From Acidimicrobiia bacterium (GTDB lineage: Bacteria; Actinomycetota; Acidimicrobiia; IMCC26256; PALSA-555): a stretch of 64,000 nucleotides of DNA. The stretch lies in contig DASZJD010000096.1 of the NCBI GenBank assembly GCA_035948415.1, forward strand, positions 425-64,424, given 5' to 3'. Each line of letters starts with the position of its first letter. Position 1 is the first letter of the stretch. Shown in pieces: positions 33,794 to 44,348 of the stretch. The position numbers were made by a program, and so were the translations under genes. The notes below the pieces were generated by a model, which was not told the origin of the DNA, made no database searches, and saw only the letters and a program-made list of their open reading frames with translations.

Positions 33794-35079
33794 GCGAGCC
33801 GATTCAGGTTCCGGCGGTCGAAGAGGCGCGGCTCGAACGGCAGACCGACGAGGGCGACCAGCAGCTGTCGCCGGCGCGGGGCGAGGTGATCGCCGGCGGC
33901 GTGTGGCCCGAGGGCGACGACACCATGATCATCAACATGGGGCCGCAGCACCCGTCGACCCACGGGGTGCTGCGCATCATGTTGGAGCTCGACGGCGAGA
34001 CCATCGTGCGCTCCAAGCCGGTGATCGGGTACCTCCACACGGGGATGGAGAAGACCGGCGAGGAGCTCACCTACGTGCAGGGCGGCACGAACGTCACGCG
34101 GATGGACTATCTGTCCCCGTTATCGAACGAGCTCGTCTACTCGATGGCGGTCGAGCGCCTGCTCGACCTCGAGGTCCCGCCGCGGGCGGTGTGGATGCGC
34201 ATGCTGCTCGTCGAGCTGAACCGGGTGGCCTCCCACCTGCTCTTCCAGGCGACGAACGGGCTCGATCTCGCGGCCACGTCGATGATGATCTACGGGTGGC
34301 GGGAGCGGGAGCTGACCCTGCGCTTCCTCGAGGCCGTGACCGGTCTGCGGATGAACAACAACTTCATCCGGCCGGGCGGCGTGGCCGCCGACCTCCCGGA
34401 CGGCTGGCGGGCCGACCTCGACCAGCTCTGCACCACGGTCGAGCGGGGCGTCCGTGACTACGTCGACCTCCTGGCCGAGAACCCGATCTGGCTCGAGCGC
34501 CTGGTCGGCGTCGGGACCATCTCGACCGCCGACGCCATCGCGCTCGGGCTCACCGGCCCGATCCTGCGGGCGACCGGCTTCGCGTGGGATCTACGCAAGG
34601 CCCAGCCCTACCTCGCGTACGACGACGTCGACTTCGACGTCGTGTGCGGGGAGCGGGGGGACTGCTACGACCGGTACCACGTCCGGCTCCACGAGATCCT
34701 CGAATCGGTGAAGATCGTCCGGCAGTGCGCCGATCGCATGCCCGCCGGCGACTACCGGGTCCAAGACCGCAAGGTGACGCCACCGCCGCGCGCTCGCATC
34801 GACGAGTCGATGGAAGCCCTCATCCACCACTTCAAGCTGTTCACGGAGGGGTTCCGGGTGCCTCCGGGCGAGACGTACGTCGCCATCGAATCGCCGCGTG
34901 GCGAGATCGGCTGCTATCTCGTGTCCGACGGGACCGGCAAGCCGGTTCGCCTCCACATCCGTGGCCCCTCCCTCTACAACCTGCAGGGCATCAGCTCGAT
35001 GGCCAGCGGTGCCTTGATCGCCGACGCCGTGGCCATCGTGTCCAGCGTCGACCCGATCCTCGGCGAGGCGGACCGCTGA
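33790..35079 (+). CDS. nuoD: NADH-quinone oxidoreductase subunit D
   Basis: [25 protein letters not shown]-terminal end ..[13 protein letters not shown] overlap with nuoC. Confidence 0.95.
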   Translation: MSEPIQVPAVEEARLERQTDEGDQQLSPARGEVIAGGVWPEGDDTMIINMGPQHPSTHGVLRIMLELDGETIVRSKPVIGYLHTGMEKTGEELTYVQGGTNVTRMDYLSPLSNELVYSMAVERLLDLEVPPRAVWMRMLLVELNRVASHLLFQATNGLDLAATSMMIYGWRERELTLRFLEAVTGLRMNNNFIRPGGVAADLPDGWRADLDQLCTTVERGVRDYVDLLAENPIWLERLVGVGTISTADAIALGLTGPILRATGFAWDLRKAQPYLAYDDVDFDVVCGERGDCYDRYHVRLHEILESVKIVRQCADRMPAGDYRVQDRKVTPPPRARIDESMEALIHHFKLFTEGFRVPPGETYVAIESPRGEIGCYLVSDGTGKPVRLHIRGPSLYNLQGISSMASGALIADAVAIVSSVDPILGEADR

Positions 35080-35579
35080 TGGCGTTGACGGACGCGGACC
35101 GGCGGCGCGCCCGAGAGCTGATCGAGCGGTACCCGTCGCCGAAGTCCGCCCTGCTGCCCCTGCTGCACCTCGCGCAGGACCGCGACGGCTGGGTGGCCCC
35201 TGAGTCCATGGAGGAGCTGGCGGCGATCCTCGGGCTCTCCCCGGCCCAGGTGCTCGGCGTGTGCTCCTTCTACTCGATGCTGAAGCGCGAGCCGGTGGGG
35301 CGACTTGTGGTCTCGGTGTGCACGAACGTCTCGTGCATGGTCAACGGCGGCTCCGAGCTCTTCACCCAGCTCCACGACCGGTTCGCGGCCAACCCGGACG
35401 TGACCGTCGAGGAGGTCGAGTGCATCGCCCACTGCGACCACGCCCCGGCCTACCAGGTCAACTACGACTTCCACGGGCCCGCCGACGCTGACGCGGCCGC
35501 CGACGTCATCGAGCGGTACGAGCGCGGCGAGCTCGCGGCCCGCACGATCTCGGGGACCTCGCCCGCGGAGGTGCCGTGA
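35079..35579 (+). CDS. nuoE: NADH-quinone oxidoreductase subunit E
   Basis: [2Fe-2S] ligands CTNVSC ... ECIAHC. ATG overlaps the nuoD stop. Confidence 0.9.
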   Translation: MALTDADRRRARELIERYPSPKSALLPLLHLAQDRDGWVAPESMEELAAILGLSPAQVLGVCSFYSMLKREPVGRLVVSVCTNVSCMVNGGSELFTQLHDRFAANPDVTVEEVECIAHCDHAPAYQVNYDFHGPADADAAADVIERYERGELAARTISGTSPAEVP

Positions 35580-36913
35580 TGGCGGACCCGTCCCACGAGA
35601 CCCTCGTCGTCACCGAGTTCCTCCGGGCCCGAACCGACGACTCGTGGACGATGGAGGCCGCGCGCACCCACAACCGCGCCTACCAGACGGTCGAGCAGGC
35701 CTTCGCGATGGGACCCGAGGCCATCACCGCCGCCGTCACCGACTCGGTGCTGCGCGGCAAGGGCGGCGCCGGGTTCGGAACCGGGCAGAAGTGGTCGTTC
35801 CTGCCGAAGGCCGCGTTCCCGCGCTACCTCTGCGTGAACGCCGACGAGGGCGAGCCCTGCACGTTCAAGGACCACATGCTGATCGAGCGTGACCCCCACC
35901 AGCTCCTCGAGGGCATCATCATCTCGTCCTACGCCATCCAGACCGACCTCGCCTTCGTCTACGTGCGCGGCGAGTTCGCGCTGGGCGCCGAGCGCCTCGG
36001 CCAGGCCATCCGCGACGCGTACGCGCAGGGTTTCCTCGGGGCCAACATCCTCGGATCGGGGTACCGCCTCGACGTCGTCTTGCACCGAGGCGCGGGCTGC
36101 TACATCGCCGGTGACGAGACCGGCCTGCTCTCCAGCCTCGAAGGCGAACGCGCCATGCCGCGCATCAAGCCACCCTTCCCCGCCGCCCAGGGCGTCTACG
36201 CGGCCCCGACGATCGTCAACAACGTCGAGACCATCTCGACCGTCCCCCACATCATCCGGCGCGGCGCGCAGTGGTACAACGCGATGGGCGCGAACCGGTC
36301 GACGGGGACGCGGATCTTCTCGGTGTCGGGCCACGTCCAGCGGCCGGGCAACTACGAGGTCGAGCTCGTCAAGACCAGCTTTCGCGACCTGATCGAGGGC
36401 CTCGCCGGCGGCGTGCGCGGCGGGCGGGAGCTCAAGTTCTTCGTGCCCGGCGGCGCGTCGTCACCCTGGTTGCTCCCCGAGCACCTCGACGCCCCGCTCG
36501 ACATGGACTACGTGCAGGGCGAGCTCCGGTCGATGCTCGGCTCCGGCGCGGTGATGGTCTTCGACGAGACGACCGACCCGATCCTGGTCGCGTGGCGGCT
36601 GGCCAGGTTCTTCGCCCACGAGTCCTGCGGTAAGTGCACCCCGTGCCGAGAGGGATCGGCCTGGATCGAGAAGGTGCTCTACCGAATGGCCCACGGCCAG
36701 GGTCGACCCGACGACCTCGACCTCCTGCTGTCGTTCGGCAACAACATCGTGCCGGGGCTCAACGCCCCGTTCGCCCAGACGACGATCTGCGCCCTCGGCC
36801 CGAGCACGATGAGCCCGGTCGTGAGCCTCGACCGGTGGTTCCGCGACGAGATCCTCGAGCGGATGCACCGCGACGAGCAGCGTCGCCGCGCCATGGAGGT
36901 CGTGCCGGCGTGA
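35576..36913 (+). CDS. nuoF: NADH-quinone oxidoreductase subunit F
   Basis: GKGGAGFGTGQKW (FMN site) and ESCGKCTPCREG (cluster N3). Confidence 0.95.
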   Translation: MMADPSHETLVVTEFLRARTDDSWTMEAARTHNRAYQTVEQAFAMGPEAITAAVTDSVLRGKGGAGFGTGQKWSFLPKAAFPRYLCVNADEGEPCTFKDHMLIERDPHQLLEGIIISSYAIQTDLAFVYVRGEFALGAERLGQAIRDAYAQGFLGANILGSGYRLDVVLHRGAGCYIAGDETGLLSSLEGERAMPRIKPPFPAAQGVYAAPTIVNNVETISTVPHIIRRGAQWYNAMGANRSTGTRIFSVSGHVQRPGNYEVELVKTSFRDLIEGLAGGVRGGRELKFFVPGGASSPWLLPEHLDAPLDMDYVQGELRSMLGSGAVMVFDETTDPILVAWRLARFFAHESCGKCTPCREGSAWIEKVLYRMAHGQGRPDDLDLLLSFGNNIVPGLNAPFAQTTICALGPSTMSPVVSLDRWFRDEILERMHRDEQRRRAMEVVPA

Positions 36914-39591
36914 CCCTCGACGCGGTCCCGATGTCGCAGTGGCCGTCGCTCCACCGCTACACGATCCCGGTCCAGCCGGGCCCGGACACGGTCACGGTCA
37001 CGATCGACGGTCGCCCCGTCCCGGCGCGCCACGGCGAGCTGCTCATCCGGGCGGCGCAGGACCACGGCGTCTACATCCCGCGCTTCTGCTGGCACGAGCG
37101 CTTGAAGCCAGTCGGCATGTGCCGGATGTGCCTCGTCGAGGTCGAGGGGATGCGAGGGCTGCAGATCTCCTGCGCCACCCCCGTCGCCGACGGCATGGTG
37201 GTCCACACCGCGAGCGACGCAGTGAAGACGGCCCAGGACGGCGTGCTCGAGTTCCTGCTCATCAACCATCCCCTCGACTGCCCGGTCTGCGACCGGGGGG
37301 GTGAGTGCCCGCTCCAGGACCAGACCCTGGCCTTCGGGCCCGGGGAGTCGCGCTTCATCGAGGAGAAGCGACACTTCGCGAAGCCGATCCCGATCAGCGA
37401 GCTCGTCCTCCTCGACCGGGAGCGCTGCATCCAGTGCGGCCGCTGCACCCGATTCGCGGCCGAGGTCGCCGGCGACCCCCTGATCGACTTCGGGGGGCGA
37501 AGCGGCGACACCGAGGTGATCATCTACCCCGGCGAGCCCTTCCACTCCTACTTCTCGGGCAACACGGTCCAGATCTGCCCGGTCGGTGCGCTGACGGCGC
37601 GCCCGTACCGCTTCCGCGCCCGTCCGTGGGACCTCGACGCGACGGAGACGACCTGCACCGCGTGCGCGGTCGGCTGCCGCGGCTCGCTCGAGTCGACCAC
37701 GAACCGCCTCGTCCGGCTCCTCGGGGTCGATTCCGAGCCGGTGAACCAAGGCTGGTTGTGCGACAAGGGGCGGTACGGCCTCGACTGGGTGCACAGCGAC
37801 GCCCGAGTCCGAGCGCCGCTCGTCCGCCAGGCCGGGGAGCTGGTCGAGGCGACCTGGCCCCGGGCGCTCGAGCGCGCCGCCGACGCGCTGCGCCACACCG
37901 TCGACGCTGGCAGCCCCGACGAGATCGCGGTGCTCGGCGGCGGCCGTGGGACCAACGAGGACGCGTACGCGTGGGCCCGCCTCGCCAAGGGCGTGCTCGG
38001 CACCGACCACGTCGATGCCCAGCTCGGCGACGGCCTCCCGGCCGACGTCGTGCTCGGCATGCCGCGCGCCACGATCGCCGACCTCGACCGCGCCCGGGCG
38101 ATTGTGCTCCTCGCCCCGGACCTGAAGGAAGAGCTCCCCGTCCTCTACCTCCGAGTGCGGCGCGCCGCCGCCGACCTCGGGGTGCCGGTCGTGGACGTGG
38201 CCGCCCACGACCACGGGCTGACGCCGTACGCGACCGCCGTGTTCCGCCACGTCCCCGGCGAGTCGGCCGACGCCGCCGCCGCGGTGGGCAAGGCCCTGGC
38301 CGGGAAGGGGAAGTCCGACGCCGCGCGTGCGGTCGCAGCCGCGACCGCCGACCGGGACGGCCCGGTCGTGGTCGTGCTCGGGCGGGCGTCGGTCGCCGAG
38401 CAGGCGGGCGCCGCCGTGCACGCCGCGGCCGTGCTCGCCGAGGGGCCCGACACCCGGTTCCTGTCGGCCCTCGGGCGAGGCAACGTGCACGGGGCGCTCG
38501 ACCTCGGGCTCGCACCCGGGTTCCTCCCCGGGCGGGTGACGCTCGACGCCGGCCGGGCCCACCTCACGCGAGCGTGGGGCCGAGTCCCCGACCGCGTCGG
38601 CCGGGACGCCGAGGGCATCCTGCGGGCCGCGGCCGACGGGCAGATCCGCACCCTCGTGCTCCTCGGCTCCGACCTGCTGGCCGACTTTCCCGACCGCACC
38701 CTGGCCCGCCAGGCCCTGGACCGCGTCGAGACGATCATCGCGGTGTCGGCGTTCCTGAACGCGTCGGCCCACCTCGCCACCGTCGTGCTCCCGCCCACGC
38801 TCTGGGGGGAGCAGGCGGGGAGCACCACGAACCTCGAGGGGCGCGTGCTCCGGCTCGGCCGCCGGGTGACCGCCGACGGGTCCCCGCTCGAGTCGTGGCG
38901 CATCCCGATCGAGCTGGCGGCGCGCCTCGGCGTGGACTTCGACCTCGAGACCGTCGACGAGGTCCAGGACGAGATCGCCCGGGTGGCGCCCGCCTTCGCC
39001 GGCGTCGACGCCGACTTGCTGCGGCGCGCCCGGGACGGCGTCGTGCTGCCGCTCGCCGATCACGTCGCCGAGCTCGCGTTCGGCGTCGGCGCCCCCGGCG
39101 GGCGGCCCTCCTGGGAGCCGATCCCCCCGACTCCCGAGGCGCCGGGCGCGCCGCCGGAGGCCGACAGGGCGGCGGCCGACGCCGCGACGGACCTCGACGT
39201 GCCGACTCCCGCCGTCGCGCTGCACCGGTGGGAGCGCCGCGGGGAGCCGCCGACCCCGACCCCCGTCGACGCGTACGCTCTGCGCCTCGTGGCCGCGCAC
39301 ACGATGTACGGCGCCGACGACATCGTGGCGGCCACGCCCGCCCTCGCGCCGCTGATGCGCTCGGCCGAGCTCGGGCTCAGCGCCCGGGACCGCGACCGCC
39401 TCGGCGTGCACGACGGCGAGCGGGTGCGCGTGACCGCAGCCCGGGGATCCGTCGAGCTGGCGGTCCGGACCGACGCCCGCGTCACGCCCGGGACGGCGTT
39501 CCTCCCCACCAACGTCGCCGGCCCGGGTGCCGCCGACCTCATCGACGTCGACGCCCCCGTCACCGACCTGCGCGTGCAGACGATCTCGTGA
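36910..39591 (+). CDS. nuoG: NADH-quinone oxidoreductase subunit G
   Basis: CRMCLVEVEG, CPVCDRGGECPLQD, CIQCGRCTRF, CPVGALT, plus a molybdopterin-oxidoreductase-like C-terminal part. GTG 36910 overlaps the nuoF stop (alternative ATG 36931). Confidence 0.9.
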   Translation: MTLDAVPMSQWPSLHRYTIPVQPGPDTVTVTIDGRPVPARHGELLIRAAQDHGVYIPRFCWHERLKPVGMCRMCLVEVEGMRGLQISCATPVADGMVVHTASDAVKTAQDGVLEFLLINHPLDCPVCDRGGECPLQDQTLAFGPGESRFIEEKRHFAKPIPISELVLLDRERCIQCGRCTRFAAEVAGDPLIDFGGRSGDTEVIIYPGEPFHSYFSGNTVQICPVGALTARPYRFRARPWDLDATETTCTACAVGCRGSLESTTNRLVRLLGVDSEPVNQGWLCDKGRYGLDWVHSDARVRAPLVRQAGELVEATWPRALERAADALRHTVDAGSPDEIAVLGGGRGTNEDAYAWARLAKGVLGTDHVDAQLGDGLPADVVLGMPRATIADLDRARAIVLLAPDLKEELPVLYLRVRRAAADLGVPVVDVAAHDHGLTPYATAVFRHVPGESADAAAAVGKALAGKGKSDAARAVAAATADRDGPVVVVLGRASVAEQAGAAVHAAAVLAEGPDTRFLSALGRGNVHGALDLGLAPGFLPGRVTLDAGRAHLTRAWGRVPDRVGRDAEGILRAAADGQIRTLVLLGSDLLADFPDRTLARQALDRVETIIAVSAFLNASAHLATVVLPPTLWGEQAGSTTNLEGRVLRLGRRVTADGSPLESWRIPIELAARLGVDFDLETVDEVQDEIARVAPAFAGVDADLLRRARDGVVLPLADHVAELAFGVGAPGGRPSWEPIPPTPEAPGAPPEADRAAADAATDLDVPTPAVALHRWERRGEPPTPTPVDAYALRLVAAHTMYGADDIVAATPALAPLMRSAELGLSARDRDRLGVHDGERVRVTAARGSVELAVRTDARVTPGTAFLPTNVAGPGAADLIDVDAPVTDLRVQTIS

Positions 39592-40790
39592 ACCCGTTCT
39601 CGGGCGGGGACCCGCTCTTCAACCACGGCGTCGACCTCACCGTCGTGGTCATCCTGGTGGTGAAGACCTTCGTGGTCTTCGGGCTGGTGCTGGTCTCGGT
39701 CCTCATCTACATCTGGTTCTTGCGGAAGGTCATCGCCGACATGCAGAACCGGGTCGGGCCGAACCAGGCCGGCCCGTTCGGGGTGCTCCAGACCCTCGCC
39801 GACGGGGTCAAGCTCTTCTTCAAGGAGCGCACGACCCCGACGACGGCCGACCGCCCCGTCTACCTCCTGGCGCCGTTCGTGTCGGCGCTGGCCGCGTTCC
39901 TGGCCTTCGCCATCGTGCCCTTCGGCGGCGTGGCGCGACTCGGGAGCCACACCACGTTCCTCCAGCTGGCCGACCCTCCCGTCGGTGTGCTGTGGCTGCT
40001 GGCCATGTCGGGCCTCGGCGTGTACGGCGTCATGCTGGCCGGCTGGTCGTCGGGGTCGAAGTACCCGCTGCTGGGGTCGGTGCGCGCCTCGGCCCAGCTG
40101 CTGAGCTACGAGGCCGCCGTCGGCCTCTCCGTCGTCGGCGTCCTCGTCCACACCAACACCCTCTCGACCCGAGGAATCGTCCTGCAGCAGGCCTGGGGGA
40201 AGTGGGACTCGTTCGTGAGCCAGTGGCTCTGGCTCCCAGCGATCGGCGCCCTCGTCATCTTCCTGATCTCGGCCACGGCCGAGACCAACCACCCTCCGTT
40301 CGACTTCTCGGAGGCCGAGGAGGAGCTCGCCGGCGGCTACCACCTCGAGTACTCGGGGATCCGGTTCGCGATCTTCTACCTGGCCGAGTTCATGAACGTG
40401 ATCACGATGTCGGCGATCGCGGTGACGCTCTTCTTCGGCGGGCCGTCAGGCCCGAGGCTGGGTTTCCTCGACCAGCGCGGCTGGGTGAACGTGTGGATCG
40501 TTCCGGTCTTCTGGTTCCTGCTGAAGCTCTGGGCCGTGCTGTTCGGCACCGTCTGGATCCGGGCGTCGCTGCCGCGGCTCCGGTACGACCTGCTCATGGA
40601 CCTCGGCTGGAAGGTCCTCATCGAGGCCGCGTTCCTGTGGGCGATGGTCACCGGAGTGATCGTCGTGGCTCGCGACCGAGGCTGGAACCTGTGGATCGTG
40701 ACCCCGGTCGCGGCCACGGCGGCGCTCCTCGTGTACGGCTTCCTCATGGCGTGCGTGCCCCGCGCCGGCGAGCTCGAGGAGATCCGCTGA
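39588..40790 (+). CDS. nuoH: NADH-quinone oxidoreductase subunit H
   Basis: ADMQNRVGPN, EAEEELAGGYHLEYSG. This is only the last ~400 codons of tracked ORF 37305..40790. Confidence 0.9.
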   Translation: MNPFSGGDPLFNHGVDLTVVVILVVKTFVVFGLVLVSVLIYIWFLRKVIADMQNRVGPNQAGPFGVLQTLADGVKLFFKERTTPTTADRPVYLLAPFVSALAAFLAFAIVPFGGVARLGSHTTFLQLADPPVGVLWLLAMSGLGVYGVMLAGWSSGSKYPLLGSVRASAQLLSYEAAVGLSVVGVLVHTNTLSTRGIVLQQAWGKWDSFVSQWLWLPAIGALVIFLISATAETNHPPFDFSEAEEELAGGYHLEYSGIRFAIFYLAEFMNVITMSAIAVTLFFGGPSGPRLGFLDQRGWVNVWIVPVFWFLLKLWAVLFGTVWIRASLPRLRYDLLMDLGWKVLIEAAFLWAMVTGVIVVARDRGWNLWIVTPVAATAALLVYGFLMACVPRAGELEEIR

Positions 40791-41419
40791 TGGGCCGGCT
40801 CTCCGGCTTTCGCGTCACCTTGAGCCAGATGTTCAAGCCTCGGGTCACCGAGAACTACCCGGAGGAGAAGCGGCCGAAGCCGCCGCGCTTCCACGGCCGC
40901 CACGTCCTGAACCGCTACGAGGACGGGATGGAGAAGTGCATCGGCTGCGAGCTGTGCGCCGGCGTGTGCCCGGCCCGCTGCATCTACGTCCGCGGCGCCG
41001 ACAACCCGCCCGACGCACCCGTCTCCCCGGGGGAGCGGTACGGCTTCGTGTACGAGATCAACTACCTGCGGTGCATCCACTGCGACCTCTGCGTCGAGGC
41101 GTGCCCGACGGAGGCCATCACCGAGACGAGCCTGTTCGAGTTCTCGTTCCCGCGCCGCCAGGACGCGATCTACACCCGCGACGAGCTGCTCGTCGGCGAC
41201 GACGGCCGGGCCCGCCGGCAGCCCTGGGAGCTCTGGCTGGGTGGCGAGGACGACGACACGAGCGCGTGGATGCGGGCCACCTCGCCGTCGGGCAACGCGA
41301 TGTACGAAGGCCGGGTGGCCTGGTCGGGCGAGCTCGGCTTCGGCGTGCGTGAGCCGGAACGGGGCCAGCTCGAGGATGCGCCGGCACTGCCCGCGGGCGA
41401 GCTCGGTCCCGAGTCGTGA
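40790..41419 (+). CDS. nuoI: NADH-quinone oxidoreductase subunit I
   Basis: [12 protein letters not shown] and [12 protein letters not shown]. Long C-terminal tail. Confidence 0.9.
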   Translation: MGRLSGFRVTLSQMFKPRVTENYPEEKRPKPPRFHGRHVLNRYEDGMEKCIGCELCAGVCPARCIYVRGADNPPDAPVSPGERYGFVYEINYLRCIHCDLCVEACPTEAITETSLFEFSFPRRQDAIYTRDELLVGDDGRARRQPWELWLGGEDDDTSAWMRATSPSGNAMYEGRVAWSGELGFGVREPERGQLEDAPALPAGELGPES

Positions 41420-41970
41420 CCGTCGCGCTCTTCTTCATCTTCGCCGGTCTCACCCTCGCCGGCGCGGTCGGGGTCGTGCTCGGTCGGAACCCGGTCCACT
41501 GCGCGCTGTTCCTCGTGCTCACGCTCGTCAGCGTGGCCGTGCTGTTCCTCATCCAGGACGCGCAGCTCGTCGCCGCGGTGCAGATCATCGTCTACGCCGG
41601 CGCGATCGTCGTGCTGTTCCTGTTCGTGATCATGCTGCTCGGTGTCGATCGCCCGGAGCGGCTCGAGGAGCCGCTCCGCCTCCAGCGCCCGGTCGCGCTC
41701 GGGCTGGGCGCCCTCGTCCTGGCCGAGGTGCTGTTCCTCGCCGGGCACCGGTGGGCGACCGGCGCCAAGACCGCCCGCGGCGTCGGGATCACCGGCGGGG
41801 CCTTCGGGAGCAACATCGAGCGGGTTGCCCGCGTCCTCTTCACGACCTTCTTGTGGCCGTTCCAGATCACCGCGGTGCTGCTCGTGATCGCCGTCGTCGG
41901 CAGCGTGGTCCTCGCCCGCCGGAGCGGGGAGCGGCCGGACCGGGAGCCGGCCGAGGGCGGCCCGCAGTGA
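41416..41970 (+). CDS. nuoJ: NADH-quinone oxidoreductase subunit J
   Basis: [40 protein letters not shown] overlap. Confidence 0.9.
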   Translation: MTVALFFIFAGLTLAGAVGVVLGRNPVHCALFLVLTLVSVAVLFLIQDAQLVAAVQIIVYAGAIVVLFLFVIMLLGVDRPERLEEPLRLQRPVALGLGALVLAEVLFLAGHRWATGAKTARGVGITGGAFGSNIERVARVLFTTFLWPFQITAVLLVIAVVGSVVLARRSGERPDREPAEGGPQ

Positions 41971-42284
41971 TCGCGGCGCTCACGATCACGCCGGCCTACT
42001 ACCTGGTTCTCGGCGCGGTGCTCTTCACGGTCGGCGCGGTCGGGCTCCTGCTCCGCCGGAACATCATCGTGATGTTCATGTGCATCGAGCTGATGCTCAA
42101 CGCCGTGAACCTGACCTTCGTGGCGTTCGCCAAGGCTCTGAACGACGTCGGAGGGCAGGTCCTCGTCTTCTTCACGCTCGTGGTCGCGGCCGCGGAGGTC
42201 GCGGTCGGCCTGGCGATCATCGTGGCGATCTTCCGCCGCCGCCGGGCCGCGACGGCCGACGACCTCCGGATCCTCGAGGGCTGA
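41967..42284 (+). CDS. nuoK: NADH-quinone oxidoreductase subunit K
   Basis: [30 protein letters not shown] overlap. Confidence 0.9.
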   Translation: MIAALTITPAYYLVLGAVLFTVGAVGLLLRRNIIVMFMCIELMLNAVNLTFVAFAKALNDVGGQVLVFFTLVVAAAEVAVGLAIIVAIFRRRRAATADDLRILEG

Positions 42285-42308
42285 GCGCATGGGCGCCGGG
42301 GGGCTGGG

Positions 42309-44348
42309 GTGAGCGCGCGCGACGTGCTCGGGCTGGCCGGCATCGTTCCGCTGCTGCCGCTCGTCGGCGCCGCGGTGCTGATGCTGTGCGGCCGACGGCT
42401 CGGCCGCCCGGCGGCCGGGTGGCTGGCGACGGCGCTCGTCGGCGCCTCCTTCGCGTGGTCGGGCGCGCTGCTCGCGGCGCTGCTGAGCGTGCCGCCCGAG
42501 GCGCGCAGCCGCACCAGCGTCGTGTTCACGTGGCTCGCCGCCGACCAGCTCCACGTCCACATCGGGTTCCTGGCCGACCCGCTCTCGGTGACGTGGTGCC
42601 TGCTGGTCACCGGGGTGGGCTCGCTCATCCACCTCTATGCGATCGGCTACCTGCGCGACGACCCGAACTTCGGCCGGTTCTTCGCCTACTTCAACCTGTT
42701 CGTCGGCTCGATGCTGCTCCTCGTGCTCGCCGACAACTACCTCCTGACCTTCCTCGGCTGGGAGGGGGTCGGGCTGTGCTCGTACCTGCTGATCTCGTTC
42801 TGGTTCGAGCGGCACGCCGCCGCCCTCGGCGGGAAGAAGGCGTTCGTCTACAACCGCGTCGGCGACTTCGGGTTCATGCTGGCGATGTTCCTGCTCATCG
42901 CCCAGTTCGGCACCCTCGACTACGGCGCCACCGGCCACGCCGCCGCCCACGCGTCGGGCGGCGTCACGACCGCGGTGGCGCTCCTCCTGTTCCTCGGCTG
43001 CGTCGGCAAGAGCGCCCAGCTCCCGCTGTTCCCGTGGCTCACCGACGCGATGGAGGGCCCGACGCCGGTCTCGGCGCTCATCCACGCCGCCACGATGGTC
43101 ACCGCCGGCGTCTTCCTCGTCTGTCGCGCCCATCCGTTCTTCGACGCCAGCCCCGACGCGCAGACCGTGGTCCTGTGGATCGGCGGCGCCACCGCGCTGC
43201 TGGCCGGGACCATCGCCGTGCTGCAGCCCGACATCAAGCGGGTGCTCGCGTACTCGACGATCAGCCAGCTCGGGTTCATGTTCCTGGCCCTCGGCGCGGG
43301 CGCCTATACCGCCGCCATCTTCCTCGTCGTCGCGCACGCCTTCTACAAGGGCTGCCTCTTCCTCGGGGCCGGCTCGGTGATCCACGGCAACGCCGAGAAC
43401 CAGGACCTGCGGACGATGGGCGGGCTCCGCCGGTTCCTGCCGATCACCGCCGCCGGCATGGTCGTCGCCTGGCTGGCGATCGCCGGGGTCCCGCCGTTCG
43501 CCGGGTTCTGGGCGAAGGACGCCGTCCTCGAGGGCGCCTTCCTCCGCCACGACTACGGCGCCTGGGTCGTCGGCGTGCTGGCGGCGGTCATGACCGGCCT
43601 CTACATGACCCGGCTCATCGTGCTGACCTTCTTCGGCAACGAGCGCTTCCGTGACACCGGCGTGCCGGCGCCGGCGAGCGGCGGGTCCGACGACGACGTC
43701 GAGGCCGAGCTCGGCTACGACCCCGACTACGCCCCCACCGTCGTGTTCGGCGAGCCGCCCCGCCCGCCGCGCCTCCACGGCCACGACCCGCACGAGAGCC
43801 CGTGGACGATGGCGCTCCCAATCACGGTGCTCGCCCTCCTCTCCCTCGTGGGTGGCCTCCTGAACATCCCGCTGCGGGGGCTGACCTGGCTCGACACCTG
43901 GCTGGCGCCGGTGTTCCGCGGGGTGCACCAGCCCGCGCCGTCGTCGTTCGGCGGAGCCGCCGCGCTCACCGCCGCCGCGTTCGGGTTCGGCGCGGCCGGG
44001 ATCCTGGCCGCGTACCTCGCCTACCGACGGGGGCTGCCAAGCCCGGCCGACGATCCGCTGCAGGACCGGCTCGGCCCCGCCGCCGACGTGCTCGGCCACG
44101 GCTACTACTACGACGACACCATCTCGCTCGCCACCGACGGGCCCGTTCGCGCCACGGCCGAGTTCCTCGACCGCGACATCGACCACGGCGTCTTCGACGG
44201 GGCCGTGAACGGCACCGCCCGAGTAGTCCGAGAGACCGCCGACGGGCTCCGGCACGTCCAGGACGGGTTCGTCCGCCGCTACGCGGTCGGGATCGCGCTG
44301 GGCACGGCCGCGCTCCTCCTCTTCTTTCTCGCCTACGCGGGTCGCTGA
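42309..44348 (+). CDS. nuoL: NADH-quinone oxidoreductase subunit L
   Basis: 679 aa, antiporter-like; WEGVGLCSYLLISFW, GKSAQLPLFPWLTDAMEGPTPVSALIHAATMV. Confidence 0.9.
   Translation: MSARDVLGLAGIVPLLPLVGAAVLMLCGRRLGRPAAGWLATALVGASFAWSGALLAALLSVPPEARSRTSVVFTWLAADQLHVHIGFLADPLSVTWCLLVTGVGSLIHLYAIGYLRDDPNFGRFFAYFNLFVGSMLLLVLADNYLLTFLGWEGVGLCSYLLISFWFERHAAALGGKKAFVYNRVGDFGFMLAMFLLIAQFGTLDYGATGHAAAHASGGVTTAVALLLFLGCVGKSAQLPLFPWLTDAMEGPTPVSALIHAATMVTAGVFLVCRAHPFFDASPDAQTVVLWIGGATALLAGTIAVLQPDIKRVLAYSTISQLGFMFLALGAGAYTAAIFLVVAHAFYKGCLFLGAGSVIHGNAENQDLRTMGGLRRFLPITAAGMVVAWLAIAGVPPFAGFWAKDAVLEGAFLRHDYGAWVVGVLAAVMTGLYMTRLIVLTFFGNERFRDTGVPAPASGGSDDDVEAELGYDPDYAPTVVFGEPPRPPRLHGHDPHESPWTMALPITVLALLSLVGGLLNIPLRGLTWLDTWLAPVFRGVHQPAPSSFGGAAALTAAAFGFGAAGILAAYLAYRRGLPSPADDPLQDRLGPAADVLGHGYYYDDTISLATDGPVRATAEFLDRDIDHGVFDGAVNGTARVVRETADGLRHVQDGFVRRYAVGIALGTAALLLFFLAYAGR

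Noticed and set aside
36679-39411. 910-aa minus-strand ORF opposite nuoG
   Set aside because: It is antisense to an unambiguous nuoG (Fe-S motifs intact). The composition is Arg/Gly/Pro/Asp-rich with no recognisable domain.
37305-40790. 1161-aa plus-strand ORF
   Set aside because: Only the last ~400 codons (from GTG 39588) are nuoH. The upstream ~760 codons are an out-of-frame read through nuoG with extreme Arg/Pro/Gly content.
41592-44255. 887-aa minus-strand ORF opposite nuoJ, nuoK and nuoL
   Set aside because: It is antisense to conserved antiporter-like subunit genes and is a low-complexity charged product. The same reasoning applies to 55691..57988 (opposite nuoL2), 57852..59405, 45634..47526, 44333..45940 and 14935..16950.
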